DNA of 62,751 nt, counting the filler, from Sminthopsis crassicaudata (lineage: Eukaryota), in assembly GCF_048593235.1 (NCBI RefSeq). It is 3 parts of 3 records of this genome, joined end to end, with 100 filler letters (N's around TTAATTAATTAA, not from the genome) between each part and the next. Parts side by side here need not be neighbours in the genome. Positions count along the whole stretch, not along the records: positions 30,807 to 52,332 come from NC_133620.1; 2 more parts are not named here. One strand, 5' to 3'. A program made the position numbers and the translations under genes. A model generated the notes under the pieces. The model worked only from the letters and a program-made list of their open reading frames with translations, had not been told where the DNA came from and did not search any database. Positions 37,027 through 48,431 of the stretch are shown piece by piece; position 1 is the first letter of the stretch, and every line of letters starts with the position of its first letter.

Positions 37027-37204
37027 CTAGAAGGGAAGATGAGGAACAATGACACCTGCACGGCATGCCGGCTCTGTCCAAGGCCACAAAGAGCTTGGGG
37101 GGGGGGGGCTCATACAGAGCAGGGCATGAGGAGGTGGCAGCATGGGCATGGTGGGACCCCAGTCTCGAACCCCTGCTCCAGAAGAACCACTGAAGACTCA
37201 GCTT

Positions 37205-37400
37205 CAGGAGAGGAGGGGGAGGAGAGAGAACAAAAGAGGGAGGAGGGAGGGGAAATATGAAAGGGACAAGGAAGGGGAGAGGGACAGGGAAGGGGGAGGA
37301 GAGAGATAGGGAAGGGGAGGGGAAAGGAACAGGGAAGGGGGAGGGGAGAGGAAAGGAGGGAGGAGAAAGACAGGAAAGGGGGAGGAGGGAGGAGGGGGAC
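37205..37400. repeat. Polypurine/polypyrimidine low-complexity tract in FAAH intron 5
   Basis: About 195 bp of almost pure G/A on the + strand. Confidence 0.9.
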
Positions 37401-37540
37401 AGCCAGAGAAAGGAAGATGAAAGGGGTTGGGCAGAGCCCCGCCTTGCAACCCACCCCAGTGACTGACCCTGTAGACCCTCCGGGGTCCCTGCCCGGCCAG
37501 GGCGCCTCCACAGGCCCCTCCCTGCGGGCCCCCTCCATAC

Positions 37541-37747
37541 CTGATCCTGCCAGAAGTAGGCTTGAGGCCACAGATGCCACAGAAAGCCGCAGGGAATCGG
37601 ATGCTGCCCCCGATATCGGTGCCCAGGCCCAAGATGGACCCGCCGCTCGCTATGAGGGCACCCTCCCCACCTGAAGACCCACCAGGGCTCTTGGCAGTGT
37701 TCAAAGGGTTCAGGGTACGACCAAATATGGGGTTGCTGCAGTCGTAG
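37541..37747 (-). CDS. FAAH: FAAH exon 5 (amidase signature; S217 and S241 equivalents)
   Basis: 207 nt. (S)[68 protein letters not shown](S); GGSSGG and GTDIGGSIR motifs intact. Confidence 0.98.
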
Positions 37748-37973
37748 CTGTGGGGAGAAATCTGCTGCTGGGGCTCCGAAGGGGGTACCATCTGAGCAAC
37801 CTCCCTGAGGCTGCCGGCGGCCCCTAGTCCTGGGGCTTCCCCTTCTCCATGGCTCACCCAGCTCCAGGGCCCTGGGCATACGCTCAGCCTCCTCCCCTAC
37901 CCTCAGCCACCCCCACCCTGTCTCCTCCACCCCTCAGCCTCCTCCCCACCCCAGCCCAGCCCCCCCCACTGAC

Positions 37974-38107
37974 CTGAACATGGACTGGGGCACATTGGTG
38001 TGCACAAAAGGAATAGCCCCCTGCTTCTTCAGCACCTGCACCACCACGCAGTCCTCCGTGGCTGGGAACCCAATGTTCCGGTACAGGCCCAGGGTAGAAT
38101 CCTGGCC
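37974..38107 (-). CDS. FAAH: FAAH exon 4
   Basis: 134 nt, AG/GT bounded. GQDSTLGLYRNIGFPATEDCVVVQVLKKQGAIPFVHTNVPQSMF(S). Confidence 0.96.
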
Positions 38108-38244
38108 CTAGGGGCCGGGGAGAGATGGCATGTGGGGGGGCCCAGGACGGCTGCCATCCAGCCCAATGACCAAGTCCCCTCCGGGGACGGCCTCCACTCA
38201 ATGCTTTCATTGGGAGGGCCCGGGGAGGAGGGGCGGGGGCGCAC

Positions 38245-38391
38245 CTTGTATTGGAAACACTCCTTGAGGCTGATGGGGACCCCATAGAGCAGGCCGCCCG
38301 CCTCGGGCTGCTGGGCCACCTCTGCCAGCTGGGCCTTGCAGTCGTCCAGGTAGTTGGTCACGCAGTTGATCTCTCTGGTTACTGCCCAGGC
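38245..38391 (-). CDS. FAAH: FAAH exon 3 (catalytic Lys, K142 equivalent)
   Basis: 147 nt, AG/GT bounded. AWAVTREINCVTNYLDDCKAQLAEVAQQPEAGGLLYGVPISLKECFQYK. Confidence 0.96.
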
Positions 38392-38881
38392 CTGGTCAGG
38401 GCACGGGCACCAAATCAAGTCCTTGGCATGGGCCTGCCCCAGCACCCCCCCACCCCCTGCAACTTCAGAGCAGGAGTGACTCTGAGACCAGAAACCGCCC
38501 CATCGAGGGAAAAAGGGGGAAACAGGCTCCAGAAGGGGAGCGCACACCCCAAAGGTTTGCCTCTGAATCCCTCTGGGGAGCCCTTGAGGCTGGGGAGAGG
38601 GGATCCCCCAAATGGAGGAAGAAGAGCCCAAAGGCGGGGGAAGAAAGGGTGCCCTCATTTATAGTCCCAAGCACACTCAGTCACCGGCCAGCCAGGTGTG
38701 TCCTGAGCAGTGCCCAGGCGAGGAGCAGCCGGGGGGCTCCCCAGCTCAGGATTTGTGGTTTGAGGGTACCCCACCCTCCCCTCTGCCTCCGCCCCCCCCA
38801 CCGTGCTCCCAGACGTCCGGGAGCCTCCCTGCAGACACCTGGGAGGCCCCACTGGGTGCGCCCGACCCCTGGGCGCCTCAC

Positions 38882-38995
38882 CTTGCCCAAATAGCTGCAG
38901 AGGACGGCTTCTGGGGACAGCTCTCGGTTCTTGAGCTTCTGCACCAGCTGGGCCAGGGGCAGGCCCAGGATAGTCTTTTCGTCTAACCCTGAATT
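38882..38995 (-). CDS. FAAH: FAAH exon 2
   Basis: 114 nt, AG/GT bounded. NSGLDEKTILGLPLAQLVQKLKNRELSPEAVLCSYLGK. Confidence 0.95.
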
Positions 38996-39692
38996 CTGAG
39001 AGCAGAGGGGGGGGATGGAGCTCAGCCCAGCTGGGCAGCCTGGCCCGCCCCACACCCACCAGGGAGGGGGGGGAACACGCCCACACATGGGCTCCCTGGG
39101 GGGGGGCAGCAATGCAGAGCAGGCCAGGGGGAGGGTCCTGGGGAAGGGGGGCACCCCAGATTCCCAGCGGGGCGCCTCTGACATCCCTGGGCCCCGGGGC
39201 CCCAGGCCAGCTCCCGCCACACCACGTGGGGTGTCTCTAGACGAGGCAGAGAACTTGGGTTTGAGTCCCGGCTCCAGCGCTCCCGGGGATCAGCACCATC
39301 CCTGAGCCGGGCCGTCAGATTTGGATACTTCAGGCGGTGGGGAACTCACCACCTGCCACCGGGAGCGCTCCGGCAGAGGGGAGCCTGCCTTGTGCCGGCC
39401 CTAGCCAGCTCTGTTCCTCCCCCTGAGGCGCTTCCCCTCTTGTCCCAGCCCTCAAAGAGTGAGCCGCTCCCCTCCCCCATCCGGGGCTCCCTCTGCCCGT
39501 CCCCACCTAAGTAAGCGGGAGATGCCCTGTCAGTGGGCATCAATGGAGGCCAAAGGTCAGAGGGCTGGGCGATGGGTGGGGCCCAGGAGAGGGCGGGGAG
39601 GGCGGAGGGGAGAGGGGGGTAGGGGGCGGCTTTGCTGCCTGCTCTGCCCAGGGTCACGGTCAAGGGCCCGCCCCGTCCCTGGGGAGGCTCAC

Positions 39693-39884
39693 CTGGCGGC
39701 GGAGCGCTCGCACCGTCCGGCCCATGGCTTCCAGGGCCGCCTCCTGCTGGCGGCAGGCCTGGCGCCGCGCCCGCCGACGGTCCCGCACAGTCCAGCATCG
39801 CAGCGCTACGGCCGCCGCCACCAGGCAGCACGCCAGGGCTGCCCCCGCCAGCCCGGAACCCCCGAACAGCTGCTCCCGGGCCAT
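39693..39884 (-). CDS. FAAH: FAAH exon 1 coding part (N-terminal TM anchor)
   Basis: ATG at 39884 (minus), donor CAG|GTGAGC. 64 aa MAREQLFGGSGLAGAALACCLVAAAVALRCWTVRDRRRARRQACRQQEAALEAMGRTVRALRRQ; ALACCxVAAAVALR is typical of mammalian FAAH. Confidence 0.93.
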
Positions 39885-39987
39885 GAGCACGTTCTGTGCG
39901 GCCACGCGGACGGACGCACGGACGAGCGGGAGGGACAGCAGCCGCAGCGCCCAAGTCGGGGAGGGAAAGTCGGTGGTTAAAGAGCGG

Positions 39988-40188
39988 CCCCGCCCCCGGC
40001 CCCGGGACCCGCCCCTTCCCCCTCGGGAGGCTGCTCGGCGGCGGCCAGGGTTGCCCCGACAACAGCTCGGAGGCGGGAGAAGGGAGCGCGCCCGCCGGGT
40101 CTGGAGGGAGCCCCGGCGAGGGGCACACGCTCCACCCGGCGCGGATACACACACGTGCGCGCACGCGCACTCAGGCTCGCGCCACGTG
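39988..40188. promoter_or_regulatory. FAAH proximal promoter motifs: GC boxes, NRF1-type site, two E-boxes
   Basis: CCCCGCCCC 39988-39996, CCCGCCCC 40008-40015, CACGTG 40152-40157 and 40183-40188, CGCGCACGCGCA 40158-40169 (fits YGCGCAYGCGCR). Motif matches only. Confidence 0.55.
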
Positions 40189-43100
40189 CAGGGGCCACAG
40201 CCAAGTTCCCCTCTTCACAGTCCCCAAGGCGCACATTCCCCGGATCCCTACCCCCCCTCACCCTCTTCTTCCCCCTCAATCCCCATTCATCCTTGGGATT
40301 CGCAATTCCCCTCCCCCCTCAATCGCCATCCAGCCACCCCGCCTAGAGTTTATACTTACGGTCCCCCTCCCCATTCACAGCCCCCCTTTTCCCACAGCGC
40401 CACCGCCCCCCCCAAGCTCTCACTCCCGGCCCTCGGGATTCACCCAACCCTTCCTCCACCCACACTCGCTGCAGCTCAGCCTCCGCCCCTTTTTTACACC
40501 ACCCCTCCCCCACTGTCACCAAACCCCCCTCAGACGACCCAGGGCTCACCCCCCTCGTTCCTTCATCCTCCGGGTTCACTCACCACTCTCCCCTTACGCT
40601 CCGGCCCCCAGAAATCTCACCGCCTCCCCCACGACAGCCAGCACGCCTCACCCGCGCCAGGGTTCATGCGCCCCCTGTCCCCTCATGTCCTCTCCCGCAC
40701 CGCAGCGGACCCCCTCCCTCACCATCCCTCCCCCGGGGTCCCTTCCTCACCATTGCGCCCCCCGAGGTCCACACGGGCCTCCAGGACTGTAGTTCGGGGC
40801 CTCCGCGCCACAACGAAGCTGCAGCCCTGATGCTGCCCGCCCGGGGTTTCCCAAGCTTCCAGTCCAGGGGCAGGAGCCAGCTTCCGGGCACACCCTGTCC
40901 CCCCCACGTGGTGCCTTGGCGCTCTTTGGCGCCCTCCTTGGTCCCGCTGAGGGAGGGGCTTCCACTTGGGTCTTCTAGAAGCTTCCATTTAATGAAACAG
41001 TAGACTAGGGCTGGCAGGAATACCACTATCTTACAGTGAGAGAAACTGAGCCCCGGGAAGGGGGGGAGGTGGCGTGTGAATCTGGCTCCCTCCGGCGGAT
41101 CTGGGCCCTCATTTCCTCTCGCCTGGAGAGCTCCGGCCCGCTGCGCCCCCATTGCCTCCCAAAGGAGCTTCCTGAGGCCCAGCCCCCCACGGGTGCATGG
41201 TTGTCCTCCATTCGAGCTCCCGCCATGACCCGAGGGCCGAACGTTCCAGGACCCCCGGAGCAGGAGCCCCCGGGGGCACAGATCGGGCCAGCGAGGGCCC
41301 CGGGGTCCTGGCGCAGAGTCACGGAGCCGATCAAACGGACGCTGGGAGCGGGGGTGGGGCTGAGAAAGGGGCCCTTGTGTCTGGGCTCTGACTGGTCCTC
41401 CCGCCCTAACGCGGGCTCCCTAAGCTGCCCCACAGGCGCCCTGGCCCGGGCCGGTGACCATTTCAGCCCAGAGGACGCTGGGCCCCAGCTTCCCTCCCGC
41501 CCCCTCGTCCCCAAGGCCTTGCCCCCCCCCCCAAGCCAGAGGTTGGGTCCCCGGCCAGGGCCCGGCTTTCCCGGGGGCCCTCGTTCTTCCATCAGAGCCG
41601 CCTCCCCCGCGCCTCCCCGCGGGTCAGTGGCCGAAGGCGCCTCCCTGCCCGGCTCGCTTCCCATCCACCCGGGAGGCACCGGAGGCGGCAAGCTCAGAAG
41701 AACGGAGTCCACCGCCTGGAACCTGCAACGGCGCCACAAAACGCGGGGGAGGGAGGGGGGCTGCCTCTCACACTCCTGCACCCTGCCCTGGCCCAGCGGG
41801 TCAGCCAGCGTCACCAAGCCCTTAGCGAGGCCGGTTTGGGATCCCAAACCCCGACCCGCGCTCCCTCCTCGGTGGGCCGCAGCCGGCTCATGGGGGGGCT
41901 GCCCCCCAAGGCTCTCCCCTCCTGGTACAGCACAGGTTTAACTTTCATCTCAATCCCACCCCCGGCGGCCTCTTCACTTGATTCGGACGGACCGCCGGGT
42001 TCAGGCCAGGCAGGACTTGGTCCCCCAGAGCCTTCCAGTTCCTGGTGAAAGCCTCACCACGCTGCTCCCCCAGCCCCCGCATCCGCACCAAACCCCGCAT
42101 TTGTGCCTTAACATCCCCGCCTTCGTGGCAGCCCGTTACCTCTCCGGGGACTCCGGCCCAAGGGGCCCTTGTCCCAAGGGTCTCCCCACCCCCATCTTGC
42201 CTTCCCGCTCCTGCCGAGGAGACTTCTCGGCCGGCTCTGACCGTGTCTTCCCTTTAAATCCCTTATTCCCCCAAGACCAAACCAGAGAGCCCGGGTCAGC
42301 ATGTTTCCCCCGGCCCGAGCCGCCTCCCCTCCCCCGCTCCTGGCTCCTCCATCCCAGCCTTCTCCCGGGACACAGCTCTAGCATCACATTCCCCGGGAGC
42401 CGCCCCAGATTTCCCCGCGCCAGCGCCTCGGGCCTCAAGCCCTCATGGAGCATCTCGGTGTGCGGCCAGGCCTCTCGCTGCCTTACATGTAATTGTTTTG
42501 TGCGCCTTGGAATGTGTTCTCCTTATATTGAGGTGGAGTTAAAAGTATATCTGTCCTGCGTGGACGTCCCCTCCCCCAACTGAGTGCATTCCATTCCCTT
42601 GAGGAGAGCGTTTCACTCTTTGTCTTTGGAGCTCAGTGCCCCCTACAGCAGGCACTTCATAAGTGCTTCTTGGCCGGTTGATTTCCACAGTTCCTTATTA
42701 CTCCACCCCCGGTCGTTCGTGTGACTGTCCCAGGGCATTTGGGAACAACTGGAGCCTCTGGACTCTGCCCCTCGTGGCAGGGCTCCAAACAGCCTTCTTG
42801 GATGAATCCCAGCCCCAGGCCCCGGGCAGGGCCCGCCTTTCTGGGTTTCCTCCTCAGGGCCAGCGCCTCCCATTCCTCCCTCCTGCACCGTCCTCCCAGT
42901 GTGAGGTGCCTTCCCACCTCTGGGATGGTCTCCTTCCTCTTCTTCCCCAACCTACAGAGCCCACCTCTCACGCAGGAAGCCTCCTGGCTCATGAAAGCCT
43001 CAGGCTGCATGCAACAAGCTGGCCCAGCGGGGAAAGATGGGACCAGAGGTCCTGGGTTCCATCCTGCCTCGAGTGATCATGAACCGCGTGGCCGAGCCAG

Positions 43101-43829
43101 CCCCTTCATCTCGGGCCTCGGGGGCCTTGGCAGCTCTAGAGCTGTGTCCTTCAGAGGGTCACGGCTGGCTTCCGGGTTGGAGAAGCCATAGTTGGGCCAA
43201 CAGAGAGTGGCTGAGGACGAGGAGGGCCCCTCCTTCCTTCCGGGACAGGCTTCTGCTAGCCCAAGAGCACTCAGGCCCCCTCACTTCTCTATCTCACTCC
43301 TCCTTCACAGGCCCCAAGACCAGTAGAACCAGGATCATTATCAACCTATCAACCCAACAGCAGCACAGATGAATCACCCACCCGGGTCAGCTGTGGGGAG
43401 TCAGGAACAAAGAATCAAACTTTCCTTGTTCGCAAGGAGCCGTACGTTCTAATGGCGGAGAAAGCAAGGGCATGGAAAACTGCAGAAGGCACAAACACAA
43501 AGGCTTGGAATGGAGAATGCTAAGGGTCTTCATGCAGAAGGCCGGGGTGAGCCGCATTTTGGAGGAGGAGAGGGGGGCTCTGATGGACAGTCTTGTAGCC
43601 TTGGGGAATAGCCAAGAGGGAGAAAGGCAAGGGAGAGTCATGAGTGGGACAGAGAGAAAGCAGATGGAAGAAAGTGGGAGGGAGAGCCATGTCCAGTGAG
43701 GCTGGAAAGGAGGGGGGGGGGGCAAACAGAGCCTTCGCATTACCCTGGAGGTAGCAGTTTAAAGAGGCCTCTCTCCACACCCATTAGTCCCCACCCTCTG
43801 AAATGGGTCCATTTATACTGTGTATTTTT

Positions 43830-43990
43830 TTTTAATTTTATTAAAGCTTATTTACAAGACATATGCATGGGTAATTTTTCAGTGTTGACGTTTGCAAAGC
43901 TTTCTGTTCCAACTTTTCCCTTCCTTCCCCCCACCCCTTCCCCTAGATGGCAGATAGTCCAATACCTGTGAAATATGTTAAATCCAATAT
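43830..43990 (-). mobile_element. L1 extreme 3' end fragment
   Basis: TTTACAAGACATATGCATGGGTAATTTTTC...CCCCTAGATGGCAG, the same motif as at 7520, 46700, 56580 and (reverse) 60970. Confidence 0.85.
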
Positions 43991-43994
43991 ATTT

Positions 43995-44006
43995 TATATA
44001 TATATA

Positions 44007-44037
<31 letters not shown>
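43995..44037. repeat. (TA)n microsatellite, one interruption
   Basis: Direct reading; follows an L1 3'-end fragment. Confidence 0.95.
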
Positions 44038-44473
44038 ATCCTGTGTATTTTTGTACATTTTGCATAAAGTGTGGGAGCTGGGGCCATTCCCCCCCCCCAG
44101 TCTTCATATTCCCCCTCGGGGCTTTATTCATATTTGTTGACGAAGAAGGAATGAGGTTGAAAGAAGATTGAGCAGATTATGAGGTCCCTGATAACTTTGA
44201 AAAGAGGAACAGGGGAGATGAAAGAAAAGGCAGAAAGTGAACACGATTTCTTTACATGTTTGGCTGAGACAGAGAACGAGAGCTTCAGGAAAAAGTGGGC
44301 ACAGCGCATGAAGACTTCCAAAGGACAGGGAGATTTGGGCACAGATGAAGAGCAAGGGGAACTTGAGGGCCAAGTTCCCAAACCATCAGTGATTTAAAGA
44401 GAGAGCTTAGCATTAGTGCATCAAATCAGATCCCTGGACGCTTCAGAGGTCAGAAACAAGGGATGGTTTCCAG

Positions 44474-44510
<37 letters not shown>

Positions 44511-44754
44511 ATTGGACAAATGACAGAAAATTGTTTTGAACATAATTCTATTGGACAGGGCAGGTCACCTGACTAGTTAGCCTCTCTCAGACTTTCTTAA
44601 TCCGATGCCAGATGTCCTTTCCTCCAGGTGGTACCTTTTGTAACCAGAGAGTGTATTGGGAAAGAACTTATGATCAGTGATTAGCAGTCACCACTATCTC
44701 CACGCTCTGGCTTAGCTCTCTCCAGCTGCCAGAAAGAAGAATTAGTCCCTTTTC

Positions 44755-44804
<50 letters not shown>

Positions 44805-45526
44805 GGACTTAGTCTTTTGAAAAAACCTTCCAATTTTATGATTATTTTATTCTTCTAAATTATCTGCTACTGAATGCAAAAGTCTTCTCAATCTGCTAAC
44901 AATCTGTAGGTAACAGACTTAAGCAATTATCCATATTAGTCTGGCTTAATTTAGGACTAACTTCCTAAAAAAGGGAATTTAAATCCTATAATCAAATTTA
45001 AAAATAAATCAAAGTAATAAACAATAGCTGGTTTTCTGGAAGAGGTTGAAAATTCAAGAGAGAGAGAGAAATTGAGGTGGCAATTTGCTGGAGAAAATGG
45101 GAGGGAATGGGATTAAGGACGCATGCAGAGAGGGATTGGCCTTGACAAGGAAAAGGATCACCAATTTGTAAGAGACCCAGGAAAAAAGAGTGAGTGAGAG
45201 TTCCTATGGGCGTCTGAGATAAAAAAGAAGGGGAAACGACGGAGTCATATTAAATGGTCACATAGGAGACCTTCTGAAAGGGGAAAGGGGGAGGTTTAGA
45301 AGACTTGAGGAGGTCTTAAACAAACAAACAAACAAAAAAACAACAACAACAACTTTTTGCGTGAAAGTGAGATAGGGAATCAGGGAGAAATAAAATTGGA
45401 CAGCTTTGCTACCCTGGGGACCTAGTGGAAGTTGGATTGCATTCACTTAAAAATGTGTCCATTCTATTTGGAAAAATAGGCAGTGAAGTTATGGCACAAA
45501 TATGGTTTTAATAACCAAACCAGAAA

Positions 45527-46038
45527 GAGGGAAAACAGAGAAAGAAAATTATAGACCAATTTCCCTAATGAATATTGATGCAAAATTTTAAATAAAATAC
45601 TAACAAAAAGATTATAGCAATAAATCATAAAGATCATACATTATGATCATAGCAGGATTGCAAGGCTAGTTCAATATTAGGAAAAATATCAGCATAATTG
45701 ACTATATCAATAACATAAATAAGAAAAATCATCTGAATAATTCAAAAAATGCAGAAAAAAGCTTTTATCACAACACTCATTGCTATCAAAAACACTAGAA
45801 AATATAGGAATAAATGAAGTTTTCTTTAAAATGATCATATCTAAAACCATCATCAAGCATTATCTGTAATGGGGATAAGCTAAAAGCTTTCCCAATAAGA
45901 TAAGGGATGAAGCAAGAATGTCCATTATCACCACTATTATTTAATATTATACTAGACATGCTAGCTACAGCAATAAGACAAGAAAAAGAAACTGAAGGAG
46001 TTAGAATAGGCAATAAGGAAACAAAACTATCCCTCTTT
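45527..46038 (+). mobile_element. Degraded L1 ORF2 reverse-transcriptase fragment
   Basis: Translates [21 protein letters not shown]... and [27 protein letters not shown]...KETKLSLF, with stops and frameshifts. Confidence 0.9.
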
Positions 46039-46689
46039 CATGAACTGATGCTGAGTGAGACAAGAAGAACCAGGAATACATTGTGCACAATAACAGCAAG
46101 AATGTGCAATGGTCAACTATGAAAGAACCTGTATGCTCAGCTTTTGTTTTATTATGGCAATAAGTGGAAATTAAGGAGGTGCTCACCGAGCGGGGAGGAG
46201 CTGAACAAATTCCAGTGTATGAATATAATGGAATGTCATCCAGCGGAAAGAAATGATGAAAGCGATAATTTCAGAGAAACATGAAACAACTTGTATAAAG
46301 TAAGTTAGATGGAAAGTCCTCCGTGAGCTCAAGCAAAATGAAATGTACTGTGTACCAAGTAACTGCAACGTTGTGGGATGATCAGCTGTGAATAACTTTG
46401 CTTTTCTCAGCAATGTTATGATTGATGACTACTCTGAAGGACTTAATCATAAAAAATACCCAGAGAAAGAATTGATTATGTCTGAATACAGTTTGAAACA
46501 TACTCTCTTTCTTTTAGAAAATTTTTTCTTGAGGGGTTTTTTTGGGGGAGAGAGGAGAGATCTATGTTTTCTTTCACATTATGATGTTTATGGAAATGTT
46601 TTGCAAAACTTCATATGTGCTTTCTTAATGGGGGCTGGGAGCTAAGAGAGAGAATCTGGAATTCAAAGTTTTTTTTCTATTGTTATATG

Positions 46690-47045
46690 TTTTTTTATTA
46701 TAGCTTTTCATTTACCAGATATATGCATGGGTAATTTTACAACATTGACAATTGCAAAACCTTTGTTCCAACTTTTCCCCTCCTTCCCTCCACCCCCTCC
46801 CCCAGATGGCAGGTTGACTAATGCATGTTCAATATGTTAAAGTATAAATTAAATACAATATATGTATACTTGTTCATACAGTTATTTTGCTATTCAAAAA
46901 GAATCGGACTTTAAAACAGTGTATATTTAGCCTGTGAAGGAAATAAAAAATGCAGGAGGACAAAAACAGAAGGATTGGGAATTCTACGCAGTGGTTCATA
47001 GTCATCTCCCAGAGTTCTTTTGCTGGGCGTAGCTGGTTCAATTTG
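46690..47045 (-). mobile_element. L1 3' end fragment
   Basis: ATATGCATGGGTAATTTTACAAC...CCCCAGATGGCAGG...GTGGTTCATAGTCATCTCCCAG; nested in an older fragment. Confidence 0.85.
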
Positions 47046-47444
47046 GAACTCAAAGTTTTAAAAACAAATGTTAAAAAATTGTTTTAAATGTAACTAGGAG
47101 AAAATAAAAATATTAAAAAAATAAAATGAGGTAGAATGAAGCAATCAAAGTCGGGAGAATGATTTATATATTGACAACAATATTATAAAGACAAACAACT
47201 CGAAAAGGCTTTAAAATGCAGATCAATGTGATGACTAACTAACACAATTCCAGAGAACCAGTGATGACTCCTGCTCTTGACAGAGAAGTGATGGACTCAA
47301 GATAAAGAATGAGACATGCATTCAGGGAAATGGTCTAAGTAAAGATTTGTGTGCTTTGCTTGATTATGTATATTTATGCAAGGATCTTGTTCTTTTTGTA
47401 AATGCAGGATAGGAGGGGAAATTTGCTAGAAGGTGGGAACTACT

Positions 47445-47953
47445 NNNNNNNNNNNNNNNNNNNNNNNNNNNNNNNNNNNNNNNNNNNNNNNNNNNNNNNN
47501 NNNNNNNNNNNNNNNNNNNNNNNNNNNNNNNNNNNNNNNNNNNNNNNNNNNNNNNNNNNNNNNNNNNNNNNNNNNNNNNNNNNNNNNNNNNNNNNNNNNN
47601 NNNNNNNNNNNNNNNNNNNNNNNNNNNNNNNNNNNNNNNNNNNNNNNNNNNNNNNNNNNNNNNNNNNNNNNNNNNNNNNNNNNNNNNNNNNNNNNNNNNN
47701 NNNNNNNNNNNNNNNNNNNNNNNNNNNNNNNNNNNNNNNNNNNNNNNNNNNNNNNNNNNNNNNNNNNNNNNNNNNNNNNNNNNNNNNNNNNNNNNNNNNN
47801 NNNNNNNNNNNNNNNNNNNNNNNNNNNNNNNNNNNNNNNNNNNNNNNNNNNNNNNNNNNNNNNNNNNNNNNNNNNNNNNNNNNNNNNNNNNNNNNNNNNN
47901 NNNNNNNNNNNNNNNNNNNNNNNNNNNNNNNNNNNNNNNNNNNNNNNNNNNNN
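47445..47953. other. Assembly gap (509 N)
   Basis: Direct reading. Confidence 0.98.
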
Positions 47954-48289
47954 AGAAAGGCAAAAAACACAGTCCCTCCCTACAAGGAGGATTATCTTCC
48001 TTCTAGTGGGGAAATGCAGCATTTAAAGCCCTAGAGATAAATGGACAGAGTAAGTGGCAGGTAGGGCAGGCGACAGAGGGGCCGTGTTTCTGAGTTCTAA
48101 CTTCATGCGCTCAGGAAGGAAGAACATTTCCTCTGCCTTTCATATGTGTGTGCTTGGTTACATACACAGTGTTTCCCCTATTAGGATGCAAGTTCCTAGA
48201 GGGAGGAATCATGCTCGTGCCTTTCCTTGCAAAGCCAGAAGTTAGAACTGGAACAGAGTAGGTGCTTAATAAATGCATCATCCACCTGT

Positions 48290-48431
48290 NNNNNNNNNNN
48301 NNNNNNNNNNNNNNNNNNNNNNNNNNNNNNNNNNNNNNNNNNNNNNNNNNNNNNNNNNNNNNNNNNNNNNNNNNNNNNNNNNNNNNNNNNNNNNNNNNNN
48401 NNNNNNNNNNNNNNNNNNNNNNNNNNNNNNN
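48290..48431. other. Assembly gap (142 N)
   Basis: Direct reading. Confidence 0.98.

Larger units (their letters stand above)
39330..42480. promoter_or_regulatory. CpG island / FAAH promoter region
   Basis: Very GC-rich with abundant CpG, unlike the rest of the window; spans FAAH exon 1 and about 2.5 kb upstream. Boundaries are by eye. Confidence 0.85.

Noticed and set aside
39885-40154. 90 open codons in frame upstream of the FAAH ATG (GTG start in the ORF track)
   Set aside because: Expected in GC-rich DNA; it overlaps the promoter motifs and so is probably upstream of the TSS; the ATG at 39884 matches the known FAAH N-terminus.
39346-41941. Long overlapping ORFs (274-368 aa) across the CpG island
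   Set aside because: Stop-codon depletion in very GC-rich DNA; P/G/R/A-biased; only the 64-codon FAAH exon 1 has recognisable homology.
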